A stretch of 64,000 nucleotides of DNA from Rotaria socialis (lineage: Eukaryota), in NCBI GenBank assembly GCA_905331295.1, contig CAJNYD010000056.1:62001-126000 (forward strand). The letters run 5' to 3'. This document shows, one piece after another, positions 52,901-64,000 of this stretch. How positions within the stretch are numbered: position 1 is the first letter of the stretch; every line of letters begins with the position of its first letter. The notes beneath the pieces were generated by a model. It was not told where the DNA came from, searched no databases, and saw only the letters and a list, made by a program, of their open reading frames with translations. Both the position numbers and the translations under genes were made by a program.

Positions 52901-53343
52901 AAGTAAATATTAATTCATCAATTTCAAACTCAATCGACAAATTTTTTCTTTCTAATTCCCCGGATTGTTCTTCTCTCTAAGCATAGCAAAAAAAAACTGT
53001 AGTCTCCAGTAGATTCCTCGAAGATCATGTCAGGAAGTAATATTCATTATTCTTTCTAGTGCTATCAAAATCTACAAATAAAGCTTTCGATGATGATAGT
53101 AAATTGAATAAAAGTAAAGACAAGAAATCTACTCGAGAACGAAGTCCATCATCATCGTCTTCATCACATGACCATAAGAATAAAAAGCATCATCATAAAA
53201 AGCACCGTCGACGTTCATCATCATCATCGTCATCGCATTCTTCTCAATCACGTTTACAAAAGAAGAAAAAATCTTCTAATCACGATCATCATTCTGAACA
53301 TAATAAATCGAGAAAGTATGATGATCGACGACGAAAACATTAA
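49942..53343 (+). CDS. PNISR: PNN-interacting serine/arginine-rich protein
   Basis: MYNTNWPL..VDWGALADSWMQQRE, proline-rich region, KRRKIPAWLREELGRLEKEKEKK, LTELLLEVTNEE and an RS/K/H-rich last exon; junctions in phase. Confidence 0.9.
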
Positions 53344-53482
53344 ATCAATCTGTGTCCTTTGTGTGTACTTTCCTCTTTTTTTTTGTATGATATTATTAAA
53401 CTGAAAAAAGAAACAATATTGCAAAACATTACATCACCCTTTTCTTTGTCTTATATAAATCTGCTTCTATATATTTCTTAAG

Positions 53483-53928
53483 ATGATTACTATATCAATA
53501 CTTTATCGTTTTCTAATAGCAATATTTCTGTGTTTTTTAAATGTAACGCAATGGCTTCATAGAATTATCATTCACTTTATAAGTCGAAATCCTTATACAA
53601 TAACTGTCAATATTGATGTTAGTAGAAACGATCCATTGAACATAACCAATGGTCCAGTGGATAAAATACAGTTTAATAAACCGACACAAGTACTCGCTAT
53701 GATTATTAATGAACGCATTCCTGACAGTGACCTGTGGAAATTTATTAGCAATTCAATAGTTTTTTTTCAAAAATTAAATATTGAACATTTGATCATTTAT
53801 GATTATGAAGGTAATACAATCAAAGGAATATCTATTGCAAGAATAAATATTGACTTTTCGTTTTAAAGGTTATATCAAGGCGCGTGAAGCTTCGATTATG
53901 GACTATGTTCATACGTGTGATAAAAAAA
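53483..53928 (+). CDS. NUS1: 5' exons of a NUS1/Nogo-B receptor-like protein (cis-prenyltransferase subunit); 3' part not found
   Basis: N-terminal hydrophobic segment; KPTQVLAMIINE..ISNSIVFFQKLNIEHLIIYDYEG|YIK resembles the NUS1 KLP.H.G...ISVYDHQGIFK motif. Exons 53483-53810 and 53869-53928, then an intron running toward the gap. Confidence 0.65.
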
Positions 53929-54911
53929 GTATGTGAAATTTTTCTGATTAATATCAACTTTTAGATCGGCTTAATAATAGAACTAATCTTTAAGTCGCTG
54001 AATACCAGCTTGAAAATATAGATTAGAGTGTGAGTTCTGTTTTTTTTATCGATAACAGATGATAAAACAAAGAAAAGATGTTATCAATGTTTGTTGAAGC
54101 ATAAAATCAACATTTCATGTCGATAGATCAGCAATGACTTGTTTCTCAAAAAGATTAATTTTTACAAGAGCCACTATCGAAACCGGAAACTAATCCTCAA
54201 TCGCCTATGTGTAGTATGCAGCCGGTGGACCATAGATTCAGCGTTCTTCTTCTGTTACAAGCAGCTCTTCAAGAACGTTCGTACTTGTAATTTGAGTGTG
54301 TCAACAAAAGTGTGCTTCACAGTATTTGAGCCAAAGTACTAATTTTGATTGAAAGCTATTATTTCGTTAAGAAAATATCTAATATCAATCTCTCTATAGT
54401 CCGATGCCGTAATTTACTCCTTCCAGAATAAATAACTAAATAGTTCGCATTTAAGGTTAATAAAAAGATTTATGCAAAACTGTCATTCTAAGAATCAAAT
54501 GCATAAATATTACACAAAAATAATGCGGAAACATCGGATTTGCATCCGATTGTTATGTGTAGTTCAAAAAGCGAAAATGTACATCCATTTTTTTCTATAA
54601 GGCATAGATCTCATTAAGATACATCTCTTCTCACTAAATTACAAGGAGAAAATACAGGCATGCTAAGTTAGCATGGACCACACTGTATGCAACTCGATCC
54701 AGTGATCACTGACTCTACTCTCAGAGTGATATAATATCTTTAGAGATCACAGAAATTGAGTTCAGATTCGTGTTCAGCTTCGAAAACTGAATAAGAACAG
54801 TTATTTTTGAATGGTTTTGTGTTTGTATCTAGCAGGATTACGATCGTAAGCAACCTCATGAATTTATAAGAGATATATGATAGATACAGGCATCAGTATT
54901 TTCATAATAAA

Positions 54912-55011
54912 NNNNNNNNNNNNNNNNNNNNNNNNNNNNNNNNNNNNNNNNNNNNNNNNNNNNNNNNNNNNNNNNNNNNNNNNNNNNNNNNNNNNNNNNN
55001 NNNNNNNNNNN
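54912..55011. other. Assembly gap (100 N)
   Basis: Run of n characters. Confidence 1.
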
Positions 55012-55689
55012 GGTTTTATTATCTTATTTTTGAACAAAATATGATCTCACTACACTGAAAAAATAAATCTTCTATTTGATCAGTATCTACCTGACTGAAA
55101 TATGTGAGTTCCACATTTTAGCCCCAATGGGGGTGCGCTGACAAGCTTTTTTTCTTCGTTCGTACAGATAAGACTTTACTAACTAATAACTTTTTTCGTT
55201 TCCTCCACATATACCTATCGTTCAGCAAAATAATGAAACAAAAATTCGATGATGTCGTTATTGTATTGCCATCTCAAACAGTTCAAAGGAATCCAAATTT
55301 TACGAAAAAGATAAAACTAATTTAGAATCATGTATAAAATAAATGAAAATCGAAAGAAAAAGTTTCTCTCGCAATATATTATATGATAACTAATCTGATC
55401 GGTCCAATTTCGAAAGCTTAATAGAAACAGCTATCATTTGCGAAAGACATCTGGGGTTGAGACACGGATTTGCCCTGTCGGAGGGGATCCAAGAATGAAA
55501 TCGAATCGGAAAGGTGTCCATTCGATAGAGCTCATCGAGCTCTATCTTGGTCCCTCTAATTTGGGTTTTGGTCCCCTCTGTGAGCGAATACATTGAGGAA
55601 ATATTCGAATTCAGACCCAAGATATCCTACGTTGCCTGTGCCCCAAGTCACCACTGAAAAATCAATGTAACCAATCAGCAACAACATTC

Positions 55690-55860
55690 AAGTACATTTG
55701 TACTAAGTACTGGTACTTAAGTAAATTCGTACTCAATATTCGTACTTGATTGCACTTTGAAAGTAAAAGTAAAATTACTTGTACTGCAAGAATTGACTTT
55801 ATACTCAAGATTTTCAAGTAAAAACGTACAAAAGTACCAAGTATAATACTCAGTATCCAG
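55690..55860. repeat. Degenerate aagtac/gtactt short-unit repeat, probably the interior of a transposon
   Basis: Many aagtac, gtact and aagtaa units in both orientations. Confidence 0.5.
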
Positions 55861-57129
55861 TGTCTGATTTTTATATAAATTAAATTTATCATAATTCTTC
55901 CTGTTCTCAAGCCTAATTTATTTCCAAACACATTATGAACAAATTCAATGTGTTATAATTTAATTAGAATAATTATTAGTTTATTCTCAACGAAACCTAT
56001 TTTGATTCATGGTCAATACACGCGTATCCTCATTAATTTAATTTTACTCATATTTTACCTTACATTATTCAAATGTTTCGATCAAAGAACGTGAAACTCT
56101 TTCTTGTTAAAATTTTCTACACTTTATTAAACGAATAGTCGTAGTGCTGATTCAAGATAATCGCGAATGTAGAGGGATATGTGTCTTCCTAGGGATAAGT
56201 AAATGTTTTCTATCTAGCAGAAAACAATGCTATCATCATTGATAATATTATTATGATTAGGGTATACAAATAATTCCAAATACTGTTTCAGCATAAATGT
56301 TGGACTCAAACTTATTGCCGATCGATCTTTTGAGTACAACTCTACTGTTGTAAAAAAAAAATTTCCCTAAGAATCTTAAATGATAGCGCAGTCACTGAAA
56401 TCCTTGAGGTTTGATTCTTACCTGAGTTTCGATAGATCAGGCTCAGTCTCAGTTGATTTCGTACTGAATATTGTTAGTTTCTATTGTCACAATGTCTTAT
56501 AGTGCACCTTGTTTATTTCTAACTTTTCTTTCTTTGATCATATAGAAATGACACAAGCTCGTTTAAATAGTTTCTTTTATTGACACATGCATATAAAGGA
56601 AAGTCTTTGTTCGACTTTTGTATCATAGAGCAACTAGGAAAAAATATTTTTAGTAGTTTGTAATCACTTTTGTTTGATGTTGACAGCTTTGATTACTAAT
56701 GAAATTCAATACAAATAAAAGTTATATTCTGTTTGATACTTTGATAAAATTAGAGACAAACAAAATTATAAGTCTCGCCGAGTTCAATGACTTCCGTTTT
56801 TTAAAATTCTGCTCTTACATGTAACACTCGAAAGTGCTTACATGATAATATAAGGAGAGATTAATGTATTGAAGTATTAAGTAACAACATAAAAGCAGAG
56901 AGTTTTACCGCCGCCACAATATCGTAATATCGGGTATTAACTCAGCTGGTATCGGGGTTAAAAGAGTAGTAAATACAGAAACAGAAAAAAAAACAAGAAG
57001 TAATTAAAAAGAGAAAAAAGAAAACAAATAGAAGAATCATACGAAGAAACGCGCATCAAAACGGGTGGTGAAGTAAAAGGGGAGAGAGAAGAGAAAAGAG
57101 AACGAAAACGAAAGCGAAGGAGTATGTAC

Positions 57130-59227
57130 TAGAGCTTCACGCTAGACTTCCCATGGGGCGGGATTGGACGAACATTTTTAGAAAATTTGAAGCAGACAAG
57201 AAAAAATCGAAGTCTCTTTCGATGTGATTCTAATATATGCTTACTATCTTTATCCATTAAAATTATATTTATTGACGTAAGTGACCGCTTTCAATTTTTA
57301 TTCTCATATTTTAAAAACATTTTCAGTATATGTTGTTCAATTTACCAAAAAGATTCCCTCTACTGAAAGGAGGGTATTACGAAAAACGAGTTAAATACGT
57401 TCGTTCGTCCAATAGGAAAGCAGTTACATAGGCTTAACTAACCTGAAACAATATCTGTAGGGATAGGTTTGATTGAAGCATTTCGGGGTCTGGGAATCCG
57501 AATCTGATGTTAGATTTTTGAAATTATGTATTTCGCTTTTTTTAGGAGAGAGAAAGACTTTTTAGGAAAAATATAGTTTTTTTTTATAAGGGTTGACCGA
57601 CAGTAATCGTGGTCGGGGAACACAATGGCGTTGTCGATTTTTGACATTTTGTATTTCAAGCAAGCGTGCCATTGATTAGGAGCAGTTTAGATCGTCGCAT
57701 TTTCTTGATAGGAATTCTTTGTAGGGGAAATTTTTTGAGGGTACCATTCGATGATGTTTATTGTTAGATGTATCGTACGGTTATGTGAGATCTTATTACG
57801 AATGGGCTATAGGCATCTTGCGGTGAAATTGATTCTCAATTTGGCAACGGCTAGCCGCTCATCTGCAGTAAGACGTTGCAGGCTTTTTTCAAAGTCTTCA
57901 GTTTATTCTTGATATGTCAACTTTTATTGTAGCACGAAGAATTTATTCAAACTTAATTCCTCGAATTATAGATTAGCACATCTACGAACGGACTCGAACT
58001 GGATAAGTACTCGAGAATCTTGTCTCATTCTTCTCTAAATGGCGAGGAATTTATCGCATATGTAGATGAAACTGGATTACATTAGTCCCACAACTGTTGT
58101 TTTCGGGTTTTTTGAAAGTTCTCTTTGTTTTCATCTAATAATTATAGAATGAGGCAAAGTTTTCAATCAATCATGTTTAAAAGGATCACGTTCACCGCAT
58201 ATATGAGACAAAACTGGCCGCTCAGTTGAAAATCTGTTGTGATTATAAGACTACAGGCCTGGGAGACTTGCAGAGTAGTTACACGTTGTCTCGATCAGAA
58301 AAGTTGAAACAATTTTCGAAAATAAGAGATACCTTGAAGTTCTTCCGAAGACATGTCGTGAAATAATTGTTCAACTAATGTGAAATATTTGATATTTATA
58401 TTTGTCGTGATTATCTTAATAAGTTTAGTTTTTCCGGATTGCGAGTGGATTCGATTCAAAAGATGTAAATCTTAGATTTATCTATCTGTGCACGTGCACC
58501 CGGGAATGAATATATGCATTCTAGACGGGAAACGCACCGAAACAAAATGAACCGACATGAGGTTGAGCAAAAATGAGGGCAAATCTAACCGAAAGCGAGT
58601 TAAAAAAAAGTCAGTTTGATTTAAGCTCTGATCTACTCGTGCACATTCATGTTAAATATCTAGTTCATAGGCCAATTTGAATTGTAACTTCACTAAAATG
58701 GGGTAATCGATCATAGCTCTCCTGAGTGGGCCTTTTTCTTCACTTCGTTATCAAGCTGATTGAAAGTTTTCGGAGCATAACTTGAGCTGTAGCAGATCGG
58801 ATGCACTTAACTTCAGAATTCCCACACAGTATTAGTAAGTACTACTCAAATGTTGTTTTCTTGGTGATACTTCCAAGCAAGTTTTCTATTTATGCTCGAT
58901 TATCAATCGTGTTGTCCATGAAAATCATTTCGAAGTTATAAAATGTGAAGTCTCTCAGTTAAATAGTTTTGGATAGCTACGTTCTACATGACTAAATCCT
59001 TTCAGTAGAGGGTTGGCGACGCTAACGTCGCGTTGCCTTGTTTTTAAAAAACATAATATAAGCTTTTAAAAGTCATCTAAGACAACGATCTTAATTTTAA
59101 TGGATAGAGATAGTATGCATATCATAGAATCATATCAAAAGAGATTTTGATTCTTTCTTGTCTGCTTAAAATTTTCTAAAAATGTTCGTCCCACCCCGTC
59201 CCATGTGACGTCCCACGCGGAGCCCTG
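57130..59227. mobile_element. Non-autonomous hAT-like DNA transposon with about 190-bp imperfect TIRs
   Basis: Left tagagcttcacg...ggacgaacatttttagaaaattt vs right aaattttctaaaaatgttcgtcc...ggagccctg; 8-bp TSD gtatgtac (57122-57129) / gtatgtat (59228-59235). Confidence 0.85.
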
Positions 59228-59372
59228 GTATGTATGTATACATTTCAAGGCCAAAAAAAAAGAAAAGAAAATGAATGGAGGGAGGTGTAGAGATATTGCA
59301 TGGTCTATTCTTGTTATACCAATAGTTTATTTCAATAAATGATATCCTTTTTAAGAGAAGTAATTCATGATT

Positions 59373-59704
59373 TTATATTACTCGTTTTACTCGATTAGTA
59401 TGAAAAAACTTGTCAAGTTGATTCTTCTTTCTTTTATGAAATCCATCCCAATTAAAAATATCATTATAGAAGAGTGAACGACCAAGGTCCGTTGTGTGCA
59501 TACTTTTTAGTCTTCTGTGAATGTAGTGTTTAAGATATCGTTCTAATGAATCTTCCTTAGTTATAGTGTATAGATTATGAGCTGAAACAAAGGGACAACG
59601 ATGCACCAGTCGAACACCTACACGGAACTTCTGCTGGAATAATTGTTGATGCGATACGGGCAGCAACGGAAAGAAAGGAAATATCCATGAAAAATGAGGA
59701 AATA
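59373..59704 (-). pseudogene. 3' fragment of a non-LTR retrotransposon pol ORF (region C-terminal to RT)
   Basis: Open frame VFPHFSWIFPFFPLLPVSHQQLFQQKFRVGVRLVHRCPF...LERYLKHYIHRRL, resembling the end of LINE RT/thumb. Truncated by another repeat at about 59705; a pyrimidine-rich 3'UTR-like tract follows, split by the hAT insertion. Confidence 0.55.
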
Positions 59705-59870
59705 CGCAGGTCGAGCATTATGACGATTAGATACGGCCGTATACGGGCCGTATTTTAACGTTTTGGTATGCGCCGTATTACGGCCGTATCATAAACAGGA
59801 AACAACCAAACACTGCAACGTATGCGACCGTAACAACATCGTAACGGACCGTTTACGGCCGTAATTCTGA
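59705..59870. repeat. ACGGCCGT/ccgtttacg-rich terminal repeat block of a DNA transposon-like element
   Basis: Starts cgcaggtcgagca after TA; multiple tacggccgta palindromes; a related block lies at 63680-63915. Confidence 0.6.
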
Positions 59871-62353
59871 ACAAAAAGAAAAATACATTCATAAACTCTT
59901 CCGATCGATAGTGAGCACACTACAGACATCAATTCTACTACATTTCCATAGAAATCACACTAAAAAAATGCAAGCAGCCAAAAAACCTACTCCATATCAC
60001 ACCAAAAATCACAGAAATCATACTTCCAACAGATCTTTTCGGAGCACTGCCTATACCCTAAATCTACCGAGAACATCTAAAGCTAACTCTCTATGATTTT
60101 CCTGCATCAAACAGCAAAAATCATGAGAAATCTAAAAGAAGATACAAAAAAGCACCGAACAAATCCTGCTAAAATCACCTTTCGAATAACGCATCGTAGA
60201 GAATTGTGGATAGCAGCATTAGATCGAGAGTATCAAGAGATCCGTATTTGGTGATTTGTGCTCCATCCTGCCGCAGGGATCATGAGAAATCTGAAAAGAA
60301 ACAAAGAGCATCAAAGAAATCCTGCTAAAACCAATGCGTTCCATATATAATTCATCGAAAAACGGTAATGATTTGCGGCAATGATATTTGGCATCAACAA
60401 CAATAAGTGCTTATGGTGTTATTTACGATTAATCATATAGTATCGAGAATAATAAATCTTTAAATGATGAGTATTTCTGCAAGAGATACAGGAAAATTGG
60501 TTAAGTGGAAGTCGTCAAAAATCATTGCTTTTGACTTTCAGTGAAGATCATGATAGAAAAATACAAAAATTTTTATATAGCGTAATATAAGTAATGGCAC
60601 CCATGGAAATCGGCGGAAAACATTAGAAAAATCACTAAAGTCTCCTTAATGTTTGTTATGCAATTGCATCTTTCCAATCGTAGAAATATCTTTAAAGATT
60701 GTTTTTTCTTAATTAAGTGAATTTATTCAGCAGTGTTCAACAGGAATTCGATGTAGGAATATGTTCAGTATAGATCTGCTTCAACGTTTAACTCGATTGT
60801 AAGGGAAAACGATGTTTTTGTTCGATTTATTGCGAGAGGTCAAGTGGAATTTCCGGATCTTTGTGACACAAGGCTTCTAGAGATCATACGGAACCTATGT
60901 ATTCTGCTGTCTTGAGTGAACATCGATAGAATTTCTTGAATGTTGCGCATTCAAGCAACTCCAGTTTCTGATTTGGAACTGAAATCGTAAAAAATAATTT
61001 TTTTTCGGTCTGGTTGTTGACAGAAACCGACTTCGGCGAACTTTAGATCCGGAGTGGCACTGTAATAGAGCAGAAATAACTTTGTATAGGTGAATGTGAA
61101 GAGTTGGCGAGGTTGCTAAATGATCTCGTGAACTTTGTAATTTTTAGATAAAAGTTGGCCCACTTCATGTCTTCTGTCCTTACCCATAACAGTTAAGATG
61201 CAGAAGTCCTGCTTTTCGATTTTTTCAGTGAAAGGACCCGTAAATGATAGGCTTTGTCGCAGATGCTCTGTTAAGGATGAAAACAGATGTTTTATGACAC
61301 TTCTTTTTAATAAATGATGAAAGATTTGAGAATCCTGTAAATGTGTCAGAAATCACAAGCAGAAATCATAGAAATAATGCAGGAGCTGTCAGATTATTTT
61401 GGAGTATAGAGTTTTAGTTTCTGAATAATTTTTAGTATAATTGTGTTGATAGAGAGTTAGCTTTAACATTGATCAGTATACCAGTCAGACTTTACGGTAC
61501 TGTTCCACTGTAACATTGAAAATGATTTGCCAGTTCAAGCAATATTTCTTGGTGTTTCCATAAGTTTTTCACACTAACTATTTGAACTCCAAGCAGGGGA
61601 TATACCTGAAATACTCTATAGTGTGTGATTTATGGATTGATTTATGAGAATGTTCCTGGGTAGTTCAGAAATTCACCGCTGGATTTCAGATTTTTCTCCG
61701 CAATAGATAACTGTGGATGTGTTACGGTTTATTTTGATGTTCCATCTGTATATTCCCCATGTTTAAAACTCATAAAAAATCTTAGCTAAATGATTTTGCA
61801 GGCTTACAAAGCGATGAAAATTATAGCATTTCCATGTGATGGATAATAAAATAGATGATAAAAACTAGTCAAACTTCTGATGACAGATTGAGCCAGATTC
61901 TTCGATATTTTAAGGTTTGAATCCTTCTAATAGGATTTTTCTTTCATTAAAATCTATTAAATTTTCTCTTCTTGGAAATGATTGTATTGATTTCTAATTT
62001 GAAACTGGATTTCTCTTGTTCGTGTGTTCAAAATTCATATCCACTCGATTATTTTTTGAAAAACGATACTTCTTGAAAGAATATACCTACTGTGTTGATA
62101 TTGATGGCATGCTTCGATGATTCTCCTTCCTCTTCTTTCTGTTCTCTTTCCATTGTTCGAATATCTCTCTCTCTCCTGTCTCTCTCCTATCTCTCTCGTA
62201 TATATACGTGTATTATGTATGAAGTTGTTACATTTGGGATACGTGAAGAGGACAATAAACGTCATTGCCTAGAGTGGCGGTAAGCTACTCCGTCTTTATC
62301 CAGTTTCTCTTAATACATCAACTAGCAAGAGTCCTATTTATCGTTACACCTAT

Positions 62354-62720
62354 CACGTAAAAAATGAATGCAACTCGCATTTTTAGTCTACAACAAAGAG
62401 TCAATGGTCAGAAGAAGTTTTCTTGGATATATATGAATATTACAAGAATAGACATTTATAATACAAAAGAAATCTAATATGAAGATACAGACTCTTTATA
62501 TACTTTTTGAGTCTTTTTAATAAATGTTTGAATAACACTTAATGCTAAACCGTTTAAAACTTCATCGACAGCATTTCCTAGTTCACACTGTGATTTAGGA
62601 TTTTTGTTTGTATTATAAATGTCTATTCTTGTAATATTCATATATATCCAAGAGAACTTCTTTTGATCATTAACTCTGTGCTTTAGATCAAAAATACGAT
62701 TTGCATTAGTTTTTTCCGTG
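62354..62720. mobile_element. MITE with about 125-bp TIRs and CACG termini
   Basis: Perfect inverted core tcttggatatatatgaatattacaagaatagacatttataatacaaa; ends cacgtaaaaaa / ttttttccgtg. Confidence 0.85.
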
Positions 62721-62746
62721 GTAGTAAGATTGTGCTACTTTTGATG

Positions 62747-63620
62747 GAGTGAAATCGTGATTTCACACGTAAGTGAAATTAGTACCGTGTTTGAGTAAAA
62801 CTTATCGATACTCTTGTGAGCTGATGTTCCAACGCGCATGCGCATGTTCCTAGTGAAATTTCATATGTTCTATCAAATGGTAATTTGAATTAACTAGATC
62901 TCGAAGCGTTCTCCTACAATTTCGAAAAATCCAAAGAAATCCTGGAATTCCTTTTGTTGAATCTGTTAATATTCATTCAAAGAAATATTTCAACTCTCAC
63001 ACTCGTGTATCAAACAGATCTCAACAAATTTCATCGAATTGTAAAATCAGATTTTTCGTCTCCATGATAATGGTCCCAAAATCTCACAATACTGTATTTT
63101 TCTATGAAATTTTAACACCATATTCGATTAAAAGTTGGCATATTCGTTAAAGGCCTTGCTATAAGCGTTCCGCTCATGATATAAACACAGATCACGGAGA
63201 TCTATTTAATGATGTCCGCAGATTTTTCATAGCTCATAGTAGGATTTTTTTAGGTTTCTTTAGCATTATTCTATCATTGCTGAAATTTGATTTCAAGCTG
63301 CGGAAAATATGCGAATTTCACTGGATAGAATTCGTCGAGTTCCATTTGGAACATATAGGTACGAGAGTCGAACATTGGTCGAAGTGAATATGACCATATT
63401 TTACAAAAAAAGGATACCAGGATTTTTTGGATTTTTCAAAATTTCCGGAGTATGGTTCGAGATCTCGTTAATCGAAATATACTACTCGATAGGGTATACG
63501 AAGTTCTAGTAGTAATATGACTATGAACTTTGAAAAATCAGCTCAAATGAGTATCGACAGGTTTTACTCGAATACGATGATAACTTCACCTAAACGATGG
63601 TCACTTAATACTTCTCACTG
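62747..63620. mobile_element. Old MITE with about 230-bp degenerate TIRs
   Basis: tttgagtaaaacttatcgatactcttgtgagctgat vs atcagctcaaatgagtatcgacaggttttactcgaa; gaaaaatccaaagaaatcctgg vs ccaggattttttggatttttc. Ends approximate. Confidence 0.7.
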
Positions 63621-63679
63621 AGATAGCTTGAGTAAACTATAATCTAAAAAATGCAACTATACTTTAAGCGAACAGCTAG

Positions 63680-63915
63680 TCATCGTAAACGACCGTTTAC
63701 GAAAGTATACGATAGAAAAACGGCAAACGTTTCCTGAATCATTTACGATCATCGGTTCCGACCGTTTACTGTGATACCCGACAGTCGTTTACAGTTAGCG
63801 TTTAGCTACGACGGCCGTTTACGGAGATTTTTCACGATTCTCATTTACGACTACCGTATTTCATCGTAACATCCCGTTTACGATAACAGTAAATGACTAT
63901 AAAATACGGCCGCCT
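63680..63915. repeat. ccgtttacg/acggccgt-rich repeat block
   Basis: Repeated cgtttac units and an acggccgt palindrome, similar to 59705-59870. Confidence 0.6.
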
Positions 63916-64000
63916 GTAACAAACAACTGGATTAGAGTAGCTTGCGCCACTCGACAAAGATGTTTGTTAGGCTACTTCAAGTTATTCAAAGTGCAACGAC

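Noticed and set aside
55081..55140. IYLTEIC resembling the NUS1 C-terminal IRLTEI motif
   Set aside because: The upstream PW and FG motifs are absent, there is no convincing splice context, and the surroundings look like TE sequence.
56890..56960. Possible hammerhead ribozyme near the retroelement end
   Set aside because: I could not find a CTGANGA...GAAA core with supporting stems.
59711..59870. CRISPR-like look of the palindromic repeats
   Set aside because: No constant repeat-spacer periodicity, no cas genes, and the context is eukaryotic.

Overview
AT-rich, intron-containing eukaryotic (animal) genomic DNA with very short introns of about 50-60 nt. The compact gene layout, F-box/LRR genes and repeat types suggest a bdelloid rotifer; this is inference. 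From 1 to 54 kb the window is gene-dense. In order: partial F-box/LRR-like gene, receiver-like/Di19-ZnF/Nudix gene, vWA protein, F-box/LRR gene hosting a same-strand nested TMEM267, MED26, KRI1 hosting an antisense nested orphan gene, dynein roadblock with a duplicated alternative last exon, two-PDZ protein, Egalitarian/LIN-66-like protein, TTC6, Ly6/three-finger protein, PCID2, two tandem GTSF1/Asterix-like CHHC zinc-finger genes (a full-length one and a 72-aa minimal one absent from the ORF track), PNISR and the 5' part of NUS1. After a 100-N gap (54912-55011) the sequence consists of nested transposon remnants. The most notable signal is the tightly packed, operon-like divergent cluster mini-GTSF1 > GTSF1 > PCID2 / PNISR > NUS1. 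All gene models were spliced by hand and checked for phase. Homology calls are from recalled motifs, not database searches.
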